From Parcubacteria group bacterium (GTDB lineage: Bacteria; Patescibacteriota; Minisyncoccia; 2-02-FULL-40-12), in the NCBI GenBank assembly GCA_016186395.1, contig JACPLU010000002.1, positions 11,470 through 75,469 of the forward strand: a stretch of 64,000 nucleotides of DNA, given 5' to 3'. Both the position numbers and the translations under genes were made by a program. Under the pieces are notes generated by a model, which was given only the letters and a program-made list of their open reading frames with translations, was not told where the DNA came from and searched no databases. This document shows positions 28,346 through 38,369 of this stretch, in pieces. Within the stretch, counting starts at the first letter, position 1; every line of letters begins with the position of its first letter.

Positions 28346-29602
28346 TTGTTGAAGGACAATAAAAATGGTACTTTAATATCCGTGAAAATTTTAGGCATTG
28401 AAACCTCTTGTGACGAGACCTCAATTGCATTACTAGAGATTCACGGCACAACCTGCCGTGTAATTTCAAATATCGTTTCTTCTCAAGTGGAAATCCACTC
28501 CCCTTTTGGTGGAGTTGTGCCTCATCTTGCAAATAGAGAACATCAAAAAAACCTTGTCCCGGTTCTTCTAAAAACACTTGGAGAAGAAAGATTAATAAAT
28601 TCAAAAATTCAATTCAAAATTCAAAAATTAAACAAAATACTAGAACGCGAGCCAGAACTACTAAAACAATTCAAAAAATACATTCTTCCACTTGAGACGC
28701 CAAAAATCGACCTGATCGCAATAACGTCTGGGCCAGGACTTGAACCAGCATTATGGGTTGGCATAAATTTCGCCAAAGCCCTGGCTCATTTATGGAACAA
28801 GCCTCTCATTGGCATAAATCATATGAAAGGCCATATTTATTCCAATTGGCTAAAACCAGTTGGAATAAAGTTTGAATTAAAAAATCCTAATATCAAATTC
28901 CCAGTTTTAAATCTTATCGTCTCCGGTGGCCATACTATGCTCGTATTAATGAGAGGACATAATAAATACAAAGTTTTAGGCGAAACTCTCGACGATGCGG
29001 CCGGAGAGGCTTTTGACAAGGTGGCTAAAATGTTAAACCTTGGATACCCAGGTGGACCCATAATTTCAAAGCTGGCTGAAAAAGGTAATGAAAAAACTTT
29101 TGACTTACCGAGGCCAATGTTAAAAACTAAGGACTATAACTTTAGTTTTTCCGGCCTTAAAACAGCAGTTCTGTACACACTAAAAGACCTTAAACTTAAA
29201 ACTTACAATTTAAAACTTAAAAGTGACATTGCCGCATCTTTTCAACAGGCTGCAGTAGACGTATTGGTTCAAAAGACTTTAAGGGCCGCAGAAAAATATA
29301 GAATAAAAACAATTTTATTATCTGGTGGGGTCTCTGCAAACAAAAAGTTACGCTACGAACTTGAAACTAATATAAAAAAACGGTATCCAAAAATAAACTA
29401 TAACCAACCGTTACTGGAATATACAGGAGACAACGCGGCAATGATTGCTTTAGCCGGGTATTTTTCCTTCCCGGACGGATCCGTTTTGAACGGAAGCTAC
29501 CAAAAAAATAAATCCCGCACCTTTTCTACACAAAAGGTGCGGGATAAAAAATCGGCTCAACCTCCAGTTATTAGAGCCGATGCAAGAATGAAATTTGTTT
29601 GA
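28346..29602 (+). CDS. tsaD: tRNA N6-adenosine threonylcarbamoyltransferase TsaD (Kae1/TsaD family) with C-terminal extension
   Basis: ILGIETSCDETSIALL N-terminal signature; 418 aa with a basic C-terminal tail. Confidence 0.8.
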   Translation: MLKDNKNGTLISVKILGIETSCDETSIALLEIHGTTCRVISNIVSSQVEIHSPFGGVVPHLANREHQKNLVPVLLKTLGEERLINSKIQFKIQKLNKILEREPELLKQFKKYILPLETPKIDLIAITSGPGLEPALWVGINFAKALAHLWNKPLIGINHMKGHIYSNWLKPVGIKFELKNPNIKFPVLNLIVSGGHTMLVLMRGHNKYKVLGETLDDAAGEAFDKVAKMLNLGYPGGPIISKLAEKGNEKTFDLPRPMLKTKDYNFSFSGLKTAVLYTLKDLKLKTYNLKLKSDIAASFQQAAVDVLVQKTLRAAEKYRIKTILLSGGVSANKKLRYELETNIKKRYPKINYNQPLLEYTGDNAAMIALAGYFSFPDGSVLNGSYQKNKSRTFSTQKVRDKKSAQPPVIRADARMKFV

Positions 29603-29611
29603 GTTCTACGG

Positions 29612-29956
29612 CTAAATATACACCCTGCAATCAGTACAGATTAGCGCCCACATCTTTTTATCCCACTGTCCCACTAAAAATTTGTGGCATTTCCAGCATC
29701 GAAAAAGGTAGAACCGATTTAAACTTTCAGAACCAACTGGTTTATACTTTCCTAGATAAACCTTTTTTCTTAGTCCCATCCTAAGAAGCCAAAAATGATA
29801 CGCATGCGCTTTCTCATAAAATAAATAGTCTTCAAAATTACTAATACTTCTTTCCGATATAGTATCAATTATTATTGGAAAACCATGTTTATCATCAGCA
29901 ATATATTTATACCTTTCATTAATCTCTAATTCTCGAATTTCTTCTTCAACATTCAT
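29612..29956 (-). CDS. Hypothetical zinc-ribbon protein
   Basis: CWKCHKF...CTDCRVYI Cys4 arrangement near the C-terminus. Confidence 0.3.
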   Translation of the reverse strand: MNVEEEIRELEINERYKYIADDKHGFPIIIDTISERSISNFEDYLFYEKAHAYHFWLLRMGLRKKVYLGKYKPVGSESLNRFYLFRCWKCHKFLVGQWDKKMWALICTDCRVYI

Positions 29957-30029
29957 TTGGGCATCCTCATTCCATTTTTGTTAAGATATCTGATATTATA
30001 AGCTTAATAAAAACAACATAAAAATCAAT

Positions 30030-32339
30030 ATGGAGCTAGAAAAAACTTATAACCACAAAAGTGTAGAGGATCGAATTTACAAGCTCTGGGAAGAAAGCGG
30101 TTTTTTTACGCCCGAAAACTTGCCTCCACGACAAAATCAGAATGAACAAAAACCTGCCTCCGCCGAGGCTATGGCAAGGCAAAGAAAATTCGTAACCTGT
30201 ATTGCTCCCCCAAATATAACTGGCGAGCTTCATTTAGGTCATACACTCCAATTAACCTTGCAAGACATTATTGTCCGCATGAAACGTATGCAAGGATATA
30301 TAACACTTTGGGTTCCGGGCATTGATCATGCAGGTATCGGCGCTCAAAACATAGTTGAAAAACAGCTTGCTAAAGAAGGTATTAAACGCCAAGATTTAGG
30401 CCGAGAAAAGTTTTTAGAGCGCATGTGGCAATGGAAAGAAAAATACGGAAATGCCATTATGGATCAATTTAAAAAACTAGGTATTTCAGCTGACTGGACA
30501 CGTTTAAGATTTACTATGGACGATCAATACCAGGAAGCAGTAAAAAAAGCGTTCCAACATTTTTATGAAAAAGATTGGATTTATAAAGGAGAGCGAGTAG
30601 TCAATTGGTGTCCGCGATGCGCTTCTTCAATTTCCGACCTTGAAGTAAATTATGTTCCCGAAGCCGGAAAACTATATTTCATAAAATACGGACCGTTTAT
30701 TGTTGCTACTACCAGACCAGAAACAAGACTTGGTGATACTGGATTGGCTGTTCATCCTGAAGATGCGCGCTACAAGAATTATGTGAATAAAGAAATTGAA
30801 GTTGAAACGATTGACAATGAAATACCAGCTGACCAACCACCGAAAATAAAAAAAATAAAACTGCCAATGATAACTGACTCTAGTGTTGACAAAGAATTCG
30901 GCACCGGAATTGTTAAAGTGACTCCGGCTCATGATCTAACTGACTTTGAGATCGGCCAGCGCAACAACCTTCTCTCAATAATAGTTATAGACGAGCACAC
31001 ACGGATGAATGAAAACTCCGGACTTCGCTATAGGGGTCTTAAAACAAAAGAAGCTCGGGAACAAATAGTAAAAGATTTGGAAACCCTTGGCCTAATTGAA
31101 AAAATCGAAAACTATAACCACAATATTGGGCGATGTGACCGATGCAACAGCGTGATTGAACCACTTCTATCCAAACAGTGGTTTTTCAAAATGGAAACAC
31201 CAAAACAGCTGGCGCTTGAAGCCATTGATACAGGTCAGATAAAATTTCACCCGGCGCGTTGGGCAACCCCCTATCGAGATTGGCTTAAAAATCTTCGAGA
31301 TTGGAATATCTCACGACAACTTTGGTGGGGACACCAACTGCCAGTTTATTTTTGCAAAAATAAACTGGCAGAAGTAAAAAATCAAAAATCAAAAGTCAAA
31401 AATAATAATGAAGAATTCTTTATAATTTCGGAAAACAAACCAAAACAATGCCCTATTTGTAAAGATTGTGAAATGCGTCAATCCGAGGATGTATTAGATA
31501 CCTGGTTTTCTTCTGCTCTTTGGCCATTTGCAACGCTAGGCTGGCCCACCTCCGCTCCTCCTTCGTCAGCGACTTCGGACGGACACAGTAAAGCTACGGT
31601 GGGTAAACCAAACAAAAAAACAAAAAGTGATTTTGAAGAATACTACCCGACAGATTTGATAGTCAGTGCAAGAGACATTCTTTATCTTTGGATCGTAAGA
31701 ATGATCTTTTCTGGAATGGAACTTACAAAAAAAGTTCCGTTCAAAGATATCCTAATACATGCAACCGTTCTTACTAAAGACGGGAAACGTATGTCAAAAT
31801 CTCTTGGAACAGGAATTAATCCGCTTGAGTTGACTGAAAAATACGGAACTGACGCTTTAAGATTCGGACTTGCTTCACAAGCTTCTGAATTACAAGATAT
31901 ACGCTTTGGAGAAGATACATTAATTATGGGAAAAAAGTTTGCTAACAAACTGTGGAATATATCCCGATACGTTATAACAAAAATGAAACATGAAACATGG
32001 AATATGGAACATCAGCTTCCAAACTCTAAACATCCGATTTTACAAAGAATGAACAGTGTCACGGCCGAAGTGACCGAACAGATTGAAAATTATAACTTTG
32101 CTGAAGCGGCTAATACTTTATACCGTTTCATTTGGCACGAATTTGCAGACAAGTATATTGAAGAAAGTAAAAACAAAGACGATCAAGAAACCAAAGACAC
32201 CCTTGCTTACCTTCTTTTAACCTCACTTAAACTTCTTCACCCTTTTATGCCATTTTTAACCGAAGAGATCTACGGTATAATTCAAGGAGGAGCAAACCCG
32301 AAGAATATGCTTCTGGTCCAATCCTGGCCAACTAGTTAA
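30030..32339 (+). CDS. valS: Valine--tRNA ligase (class I), short form lacking the C-terminal coiled-coil
   Basis: PPNITGELHLGHTLQLTLQDIIVRMKRMQGYITLWVPGIDHAGI aligns with the ValRS HIGH region; KMSKS as RMSKSLG; 769 aa. Confidence 0.8.
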   Translation: MELEKTYNHKSVEDRIYKLWEESGFFTPENLPPRQNQNEQKPASAEAMARQRKFVTCIAPPNITGELHLGHTLQLTLQDIIVRMKRMQGYITLWVPGIDHAGIGAQNIVEKQLAKEGIKRQDLGREKFLERMWQWKEKYGNAIMDQFKKLGISADWTRLRFTMDDQYQEAVKKAFQHFYEKDWIYKGERVVNWCPRCASSISDLEVNYVPEAGKLYFIKYGPFIVATTRPETRLGDTGLAVHPEDARYKNYVNKEIEVETIDNEIPADQPPKIKKIKLPMITDSSVDKEFGTGIVKVTPAHDLTDFEIGQRNNLLSIIVIDEHTRMNENSGLRYRGLKTKEAREQIVKDLETLGLIEKIENYNHNIGRCDRCNSVIEPLLSKQWFFKMETPKQLALEAIDTGQIKFHPARWATPYRDWLKNLRDWNISRQLWWGHQLPVYFCKNKLAEVKNQKSKVKNNNEEFFIISENKPKQCPICKDCEMRQSEDVLDTWFSSALWPFATLGWPTSAPPSSATSDGHSKATVGKPNKKTKSDFEEYYPTDLIVSARDILYLWIVRMIFSGMELTKKVPFKDILIHATVLTKDGKRMSKSLGTGINPLELTEKYGTDALRFGLASQASELQDIRFGEDTLIMGKKFANKLWNISRYVITKMKHETWNMEHQLPNSKHPILQRMNSVTAEVTEQIENYNFAEAANTLYRFIWHEFADKYIEESKNKDDQETKDTLAYLLLTSLKLLHPFMPFLTEEIYGIIQGGANPKNMLLVQSWPTS

Positions 32340-32356
32340 ATTTTAGACCACTCGCT

Positions 32357-33107
32357 GTGGCCTTAGAAAAAAATTCCCAACTCTCCCCTACAAATAGGCG
32401 TTTTAATAGCACTAGGGTTTATACCAAGCTTAATTTGGCTTCTTTTATTTATAAGGGAAGACTCCAAACATCCCGAACCAAAATACTTAATCAGCAGAAC
32501 TTTTCTTTTCGGAATTATAGTAGCTCCGTTAGTAGTATTTTTCCAATGGCTTGGTTGTAACTTATTAAGTAGCATAGCTCATGTAAACGGTTGCAACGAA
32601 CTTTCTCAAAACCTAACATTTATTTTTCTGGGGTTTGCCGCGTTTATTGAAGAATATTTTAAATATTGGGTGGTTAAAGTCACGGTTCTTAACAGGTCAG
32701 ACTTTGATGAACCGATTGACGCAATGATTTATATGATTACTGCCGCCGTCGGATTTGCTGCAATAGAGAACATACTGGTTTTATTTAACGTTATTCCTAA
32801 TGGCATAGAACAAACCCTAAGCACCTGGATTTTAAGATTCACCGGCGCAACTTTGCTTCATGTTTTAGCTTCAGCCATCATTGGATACTTTCTTGCCATT
32901 TCATGGTTCTGGCACAATCACCGCAAAAAGTTGCTTACATTAGGAATTGTCGTAGCAACTCTAATCCATCTTGGATTTAATTTCTCAATTTTAAGCGGTA
33001 ATTATCTTGGAGGGAATCTTTTAGGTCTTATGATTATAGGTATTTTTGTTCTTGTATTTTTCCACAAGCTAAAAGTACTTGTCCCCCATCAGACATCAGA
33101 GGGTTAA
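32357..33107 (+). CDS. PrsW-family intramembrane metalloprotease; reading frame interrupted at an A7 homopolymer
   Basis: Downstream frame gives IALGFIPSLIWLLLF...EEYFKYW...AAVGFAAIENIL (PrsW EExxK and FxxxEN motifs); the ATG at 32357 is in another frame and joins if the A-run 32367-32373 is one base shorter. Confidence 0.45.
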
Positions 33108-33153
33108 GATATCCCCATCCCCTACTGTCCATATATTGGTATAATAAATTTAT

Positions 33154-33579
33154 ATGAACACAGACGAAATTATTCCAGAACTCGAACAAGTTTCCGAACC
33201 TATTGCCCAACTTTCGGTACAGAAAACTAAACCCAAAAAGGAAAAGACAATTGAAGGTACTTTAACAGTTGATGTATATCAAACTGATTCAGACGTTGTT
33301 ATTCAATCTACAATAGCCGGTACCAAAGGAGAAAATTTAGATATATCAATCACTAACGACATGGTTACGATTAAAGGCGTTCGTGAATCAGATAACCAAA
33401 TAGATCCAAACCAATATTATTATCAAGAACTTTTTTGGGGGCCATTTTCCAGATCAATTATACTTCCAGAAGAAATTGATGCCGACAAAGCAACAGCTGT
33501 TTACAAAAACGGCATACTAAATATTACCTTGCCTAAGTTATCAAAAACCCGAGAAAAAAAGTTAAGGGTTTCTAGTTGA
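33154..33579 (+). CDS. Hsp20/alpha-crystallin family small heat-shock protein
   Basis: C-terminal AVYKNGILNITLPK alpha-crystallin signature; 141 aa. Confidence 0.75.
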   Translation: MNTDEIIPELEQVSEPIAQLSVQKTKPKKEKTIEGTLTVDVYQTDSDVVIQSTIAGTKGENLDISITNDMVTIKGVRESDNQIDPNQYYYQELFWGPFSRSIILPEEIDADKATAVYKNGILNITLPKLSKTREKKLRVSS

Positions 33580-33632
33580 TTAATTTATAAATTAAGAGTT
33601 GCCTACTAATACTAAGTGTATTTAGGTATAAC

Positions 33633-33875
33633 TTACTCGTTATAAAAATAAGGCATTAGTTCTGATTCAGAAATGTATTTTGATGCTTGATTAAAAATCG
33701 CCCGAAGAGTTCCTTTGTCTAACTCTTTGTGATTCGGAATTGTTAAAGTTTGATTAATTTTGTTTATAATTCTTCGAAGTTTAACATGACTACCCCTTTC
33801 AGAAATTACGGCAAAATTAAAAGACTCAAGAATCTTTACCACGTCTTCACCTGATAAGACTTTGAGTCTAGGCAT
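33633..33875 (-). CDS. hicA: HicA-family toxin (mRNA interferase) of a type II TA pair
   Basis: GSHVKLRR...LTIPNHKELDKGTLRAIFNQA matches the HicA pattern; start taken at MPRLKV (8-nt overlap with hicB). Confidence 0.65.
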   Translation of the reverse strand: MPRLKVLSGEDVVKILESFNFAVISERGSHVKLRRIINKINQTLTIPNHKELDKGTLRAIFNQASKYISESELMPYFYNE

Positions 33876-34092
33876 TAATCTGAGGAAGTTCAAAATTCAT
33901 TAAAACAGATGGATTGGGAGCAATATCAAAATCGGCAGGATTCTCACCTTCTAAATGTAGTTCTACAGCTTCTCTTATATTTTCAGCTAATTCATCAAGG
34001 GTTTTACCCTGGGTAACTATAGGCAAATCAGCTCCTTCAGCGATATAGTATTTATCACCTTTAGAAATGTGAAATTGGATTATTTTCTTCAT
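33868..34092 (-). CDS. hicB: HicB-family antitoxin
   Basis: MKKIIQFHISKGDKYYIAEGADLPIVTQGKTLDELAENIREAVELHLEG matches the HicB/UPF0150 N-terminal domain; the upstream part of the tracked ORF overlaps tRNA-Leu, so the internal Met at 34092 is used. Confidence 0.65.
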   Translation of the reverse strand: MKKIIQFHISKGDKYYIAEGADLPIVTQGKTLDELAENIREAVELHLEGENPADFDIAPNPSVLMNFELPQINA

Positions 34093-34221
34093 AATAAGTC
34101 TATTATACCCGTTCAAACCCGAATTTACAATATTTAGTTCGGATCCACTAAAAATCCTGATTTTGCTTAGAAAAATGTTACGGCTTACAACATATGACTT
34201 TTTAACTTGCAATTTCCTCAA

Positions 34222-34305
34222 TGCCTTGGGAGAGACTCGAACTCTCACTCCCTTACGGGAACTAGGTCCTAAACCTAGCGCGTCTTCCGATTCCGCCACC
34301 AAGGC
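34222..34305 (-). tRNA. tRNA-Leu (anticodon TAG), type II with long variable arm
   Basis: Reverse complement GCCTTGGTGGCGGAATCGGAAGACGCGCTAGGTTTAGGACCTAGTTCCCGTAAGGGAGTGAGAGTTCGAGTCTCTCCCAAGGCA; anticodon loop TTTAGGA. Confidence 0.8.
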
Positions 34306-34397
34306 ATTCACTAACATGGCGATAAATTTGCCAACCTGCCCCTCACCAGACAAGTTCAACTTGTCTGGTGAGGGGTTTCGCCACCCCAGCGAATTAA

Positions 34398-34970
34398 CTA
34401 TAAAGTATCATAAAGCTCCTTTTTATAAAAATAAGTGGTCACATTGAAAATTCTTTCTTTTTTTATCAATTTTAACGAGGGAGCTAAATTGGTATCTAAT
34501 GGATAGCTACAACTTATAATTACAGCCCCTGGTTTTAGTTGGGTTTCAATTTTAACCATCAACTTTTGTACAATTTCCGGAAAAAGATAAATGAAAACCA
34601 CATCGGCTTTGGTTAAGTCTGCACTCAAAAGATTTTTTCTCAAAACTTGCGCTTTATACTTTAAACCGGCAAGACGATTAAAAAACCGCGATTCCCAAAA
34701 ATACCAAGGCGAAAGTTCATAACCAATTGCTTGATTAAAACCTGATCTTACTGCTTCTCTCAAAACCCGCCCGTCTCCGCTTCCAAGATCAATTAAAATT
34801 CTTTTAGTTACTGATGTTGAATTTAAAATATCCTTTAAAACCTTTTTTGGAATAGGCACAAAACCCGATCCAATAAAACTAGAAAACGTCATTGATAAAA
34901 ACCAGATAAGAATAACAGCCAAAATAATAAACCCCAATAAATAAACTCCAAAAAAGACAAGCAAACTCAT
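34398..34970 (-). CDS. Membrane-anchored class I SAM-dependent methyltransferase
   Basis: N-terminal TM; motif I LIDLGSGDGRV. Confidence 0.45.
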   Translation of the reverse strand: MSLLVFFGVYLLGFIILAVILIWFLSMTFSSFIGSGFVPIPKKVLKDILNSTSVTKRILIDLGSGDGRVLREAVRSGFNQAIGYELSPWYFWESRFFNRLAGLKYKAQVLRKNLLSADLTKADVVFIYLFPEIVQKLMVKIETQLKPGAVIISCSYPLDTNLAPSLKLIKKERIFNVTTYFYKKELYDTL

Positions 34971-35043
34971 TAAATATATATTATAACTAACTCCTCTATA
35001 ACAAAAACGCCGTTAAAGACGTTTTTGTTTTTTAGGATGAATC

Positions 35044-35445
35044 CTAAATCCTTCCAGTCGTTAGAATACTGGCAATTGTTCGTAATATTACCCCCACCCC
35101 CAGTACAATGACTGCGCCAATAATGCCGTTTTTGATTCTGGTTTTGGCAGAAGTCAGTTTTGTACTATCCGAGCCGGCGTTCATATACATAATCCCGCCC
35201 CAAATAATAAAGGTTATTGTAATTAAAACAGAAAGACTAATAAGGTATCTACCAATTGTTTCAATAATTATACTTACATCGTTAAGGGTAAATGCCCTGC
35301 CTTCGGGAATGGGAATTGTGTCAAAACAACCAATACCCAAAGGACAAAAGGCAGACGCCGAACCAGAAAACAAAAACAGCCATCCTAAACTAATTAGTAT
35401 TAATACTAATAAATAGTTCTGTTTTTTTATTTTAGCCAAAAACAT
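35044..35445 (-). CDS. TrbC/VirB2-like pilin family protein (paralog 1 of 5)
   Basis: Signal peptide, Cys after cleavage region, C-terminal two hydrophobic helices separated by GSDSTKLTSAKTRIKNG. Confidence 0.45.
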   Translation of the reverse strand: MFLAKIKKQNYLLVLILISLGWLFLFSGSASAFCPLGIGCFDTIPIPEGRAFTLNDVSIIIETIGRYLISLSVLITITFIIWGGIMYMNAGSDSTKLTSAKTRIKNGIIGAVIVLGVGVILRTIASILTTGRI

Positions 35446-35485
35446 AACCTTGAGTTTAACAAATTAATACTAAATTATATCGTAA

Positions 35486-35935
35486 TTATATCGTACCTGT
35501 AGTAAGGAAAGCCGCAATGGTTCTAAGAAGAACCCCCACTCCCAAAACAATGACTGCGCCGATAATACCGTTTTTGATTCTGGTTTTGGCACCGCCTTGC
35601 TTTTTTTCATCAGAACCAGATGCCATATACATAATCCCGCCCCAAATAATATAAACTATGGCTATGGTTACAGATAAAACAATGGCATACTGTCCAATCC
35701 TCTGAATCAAATCTACTAAAAATGTTAACTTAAAAGTTCCACCCGTAGCACCTTCTGCTCCCTGACAAGTCAAAAGACATTCAGTACGAGCGGTGCCAAC
35801 CATGTCATTACAACTAGTACAAGGCACGACGGCTCGGACACTTAAAGCCAGGCCGAAAAACAATACAAACATCAGTACGGCAACAGCTGAATAACGAACT
35901 TTAAAACGATTAATATTTTTTAATAATTTTTGCAT
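35486..35935 (-). CDS. TrbC/VirB2-like pilin family protein (paralog 2)
   Basis: Same architecture; IIWGGIMYMASGSDEKKQGGAKTRIKNGIIGAVIVLGVGVLLRTIA nearly identical to the C-terminus of paralog 1. Confidence 0.45.
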   Translation of the reverse strand: MQKLLKNINRFKVRYSAVAVLMFVLFFGLALSVRAVVPCTSCNDMVGTARTECLLTCQGAEGATGGTFKLTFLVDLIQRIGQYAIVLSVTIAIVYIIWGGIMYMASGSDEKKQGGAKTRIKNGIIGAVIVLGVGVLLRTIAAFLTTGTI

Positions 35936-36044
35936 AATAATTTTATTTATGTACTTTATTTTTTTAACACTCGACCCATCCCCTTTTGAATCAGGAGAAA
36001 TTTAAATTTTAAAACGAACTTGATCTAAATTCTAAAATTAATTT

Positions 36045-36479
36045 TTAAAAACCAAAAAACTCTCTTGTAATTACTGCCTGGGCGGTGTTTAATATCACCC
36101 CCACCCCTAAAATTATAAACGCGCCGATCACTCCTTGTTTTAATCTTCCTCTTGCTTCTTCGGATTTTTTAGGTTCTCCGCCGGCTCGCATCCACATAAT
36201 TCCGGCCCAGATTAAAAATATAACCATTATAAACCCGCTGGCATAAAGCATAAAGTTTGCCACATCTTGAATTAAATCAGCAATCTCACATAAAGTTATT
36301 GGACATCCTCCTGGTAAGGGCGCACCCGTTACAGGATCAATATCACAACTTCTTGGTGGAGTGGCAGGGCAGGTAAAAGCTAAGGCCACCCCTTTAGGTA
36401 AAGTATAAAGAATACCCGAAATAACTAAAAACCAGCTTTTCCACAAATTCTTATTTTTGTTTAAAACTCTATATCTCAT
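36045..36479 (-). CDS. TrbC/VirB2-like pilin family protein (paralog 3); tracked ORF N-terminus is read-through of an intergenic repeat
   Basis: C-terminal IWAGIMWMRAGGEPKKSEEARGRLKQGVIGAFIILGVGVIL; first 40 codons of ORF 36045..36599 lie inside repeat copy A1, so the start is taken at MRYRV. Confidence 0.4.
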   Translation of the reverse strand: MRYRVLNKNKNLWKSWFLVISGILYTLPKGVALAFTCPATPPRSCDIDPVTGAPLPGGCPITLCEIADLIQDVANFMLYASGFIMVIFLIWAGIMWMRAGGEPKKSEEARGRLKQGVIGAFIILGVGVILNTAQAVITREFFGF

Positions 36480-36499
36480 ATCAATCTTTAGTGATGGGT

Positions 36500-36645
36500 C
36501 TAGTGAATAATACTCTTTCTCTTTCTTCGCAAATCCCAGCGTGATTTGCTCAGGGGTTGAGCTCTTCGCTCTTCTTTCGCTTTCAGCGAAAGAAACCATG
36601 CCCGCGAAGGGCTCAAAACCCGTTCAAAAGCATTATTCACTAGAC
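36500..36645 (+). repeat. Intergenic modular repeat family A, copy 1
   Basis: 5' gtgaataatactctttctctttcttcgcaaatcccag ... ccatgcccgcgaagggctcaaaacccgttcaaaagcattattcac 3'; termini are inverted repeats. Confidence 0.7.
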
Positions 36646-36656
36646 TCGGTATTGAA

Positions 36657-37040
36657 TTACTGGCATCTTGTTCCAAATACTCTACCTAATGAAAAATCAT
36701 CATAACCAATAAAGGCGGCGACTGTTTCCACCAGAATAAAGGCTCCAAAAATTACTATTGCTCCCACAAAAGCCCATAAAAGTTTTTGTTTGGTTTTAGC
36801 CAGCGCATCCGCTTCTCGGCTAGTCATTGTTTGCCAGCCGTATAGTAATAATACAATAACCATAAAAAACATGGCAACACGTATTCCCCAACAGCTTAAT
36901 CTGGCAATTATATTTAATAGGTTATCAAATTCTAAATTTATTGGGGGTAGCTCTTCGTGACTACTGCCCCATGCCAAAATTGGCGCTAGAAGTGCCACAT
37001 TGATTAAGGAACCATAAATTAATCTTTTAATCCTTAACAT
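36657..37040 (-). CDS. Small membrane protein, VirB2-like paralog 4 (more divergent)
   Basis: Signal/TM at N-terminus, two C-terminal hydrophobic helices separated by TSREADALAKTKQK. Confidence 0.35.
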   Translation of the reverse strand: MLRIKRLIYGSLINVALLAPILAWGSSHEELPPINLEFDNLLNIIARLSCWGIRVAMFFMVIVLLLYGWQTMTSREADALAKTKQKLLWAFVGAIVIFGAFILVETVAAFIGYDDFSLGRVFGTRCQ

Positions 37041-37062
37041 ACAAATTTGTGTCCTCTACCAT

Positions 37063-37986
37063 CTACGACCCAAGATCCAAAATACTTCTTATAAGCGCGA
37101 TAAATCCTTTACCGATAAATACCACTGCCAAACCTATTAAAGCGTAAGTTAAAGCTTTTTTAGCTTCAGTAACTTTAGCCGGCTCGCCTTTGGCAAGCAT
37201 AAACTTAATTCCAGCGTAAATAATGATAATCGGAGCAACCACTAAAACTATATTAAAAATTGCATTAGCAATACCATTGGCCAAATCTTCGATTGATTCT
37301 GCATCAATTGGATTTGATATTCCAAAAGGGATATCTTGACCTGTTCCTCTGCCAGAAGTTTCACAGCCACTTTGGCTACAAAGAGCTGCATCGGGAAAAG
37401 AATTTGGCGCGTTGGAATCATTTGTCGTAACACACTGATTATTTTGACAAATCCATTTTTGACCTGCCTGGGCTTTAATCTGTCGCACTGCAAGTAGCTG
37501 CCACTCCGTATCACAATCACCATTACAATCCCAACCATAACTTTTCCCCTTCAATTCAGTACCCGTATCAGGCTGAATCCCTATCGCTTTTATATAGTAG
37601 TCCCTACGCGCCCCAGCTCTTTGGATAGCACAGGCATACGATGGGCATTCTTCACCAGCACTCAATTCAATTTCTACTCTTTGAGTGTCTTTTTCAATTG
37701 TAAGAGTATGGCCCAAAACTGGAATATCTTGTAATGATCCATCTGCTGTCACCAATAATTCCAATCTTTCCCCCTCGCATTCTCTATAATTAACAAGTCT
37801 TACCAACACATTAAAATGAAATGGTGCGCTATCACGAAATTGTTGATTCTGTGTGGTAGGACTCCAGTCTAGTGTTGCTGTACAAATTGCGGCATAAACA
37901 TATTCAACCAACAAAAATGAACTTAAAATAAAAAAGGCCACGATAACGAAAAATATAAACCTAAACTTCCAAATCATTTTAGACAT
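37063..37986 (-). CDS. Cys-rich extracellular-domain protein with C-terminal VirB2-like two-helix module (paralog 5, 307 aa)
   Basis: N-terminal TM, ~200-aa Cys-rich ectodomain, C-terminal IYAGIKFMLAKGEPAKVTEAKKALTYALIGLAVVFIG. Confidence 0.4.
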   Translation of the reverse strand: MSKMIWKFRFIFFVIVAFFILSSFLLVEYVYAAICTATLDWSPTTQNQQFRDSAPFHFNVLVRLVNYRECEGERLELLVTADGSLQDIPVLGHTLTIEKDTQRVEIELSAGEECPSYACAIQRAGARRDYYIKAIGIQPDTGTELKGKSYGWDCNGDCDTEWQLLAVRQIKAQAGQKWICQNNQCVTTNDSNAPNSFPDAALCSQSGCETSGRGTGQDIPFGISNPIDAESIEDLANGIANAIFNIVLVVAPIIIIYAGIKFMLAKGEPAKVTEAKKALTYALIGLAVVFIGKGFIALIRSILDLGS

Positions 37987-38105
37987 AATAAATAAAGTCT
38001 CATATCAAACGTATTAGTTAAAATTATAGCAAAAATAAGAAGAGGTTATTATACACACCCCCCTTTCGGTGAGAAGCTTGAAAAACTATCTAAGTATAGA
38101 CAATT

Positions 38106-38369
38106 TTATCTATAAATATCTTTTCGATGGGCAACATCTATCAACTGGATGATTTCGGGGTCTAGAAATTTAAAAATTACTCGCCAGTCGCGAGTAATTC
38201 TAAACGAGAAAAAACCGGTTAATCCTCCTGTAAGACTTTTGGTGTGAAGATGTGAATTAAATGGATTCCTTTGAAGAATTGCAATACATTCTGCTAATTT
38301 TTGCTTTAACTCGTTATCTAGTTTTTTCGCCGATCTAAGAAATCGACTGCCATATACAATCCTAATCAT
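38106..38369 (-). CDS. RelE/ParE-family type II toxin
   Basis: LTGGLTGFFSFRITRDWRVIFKFLDPEIIQLIDVAHRKDIYR matches the RelE/ParE C-terminal pattern. Confidence 0.65.
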   Translation of the reverse strand: MIRIVYGSRFLRSAKKLDNELKQKLAECIAILQRNPFNSHLHTKSLTGGLTGFFSFRITRDWRVIFKFLDPEIIQLIDVAHRKDIYR

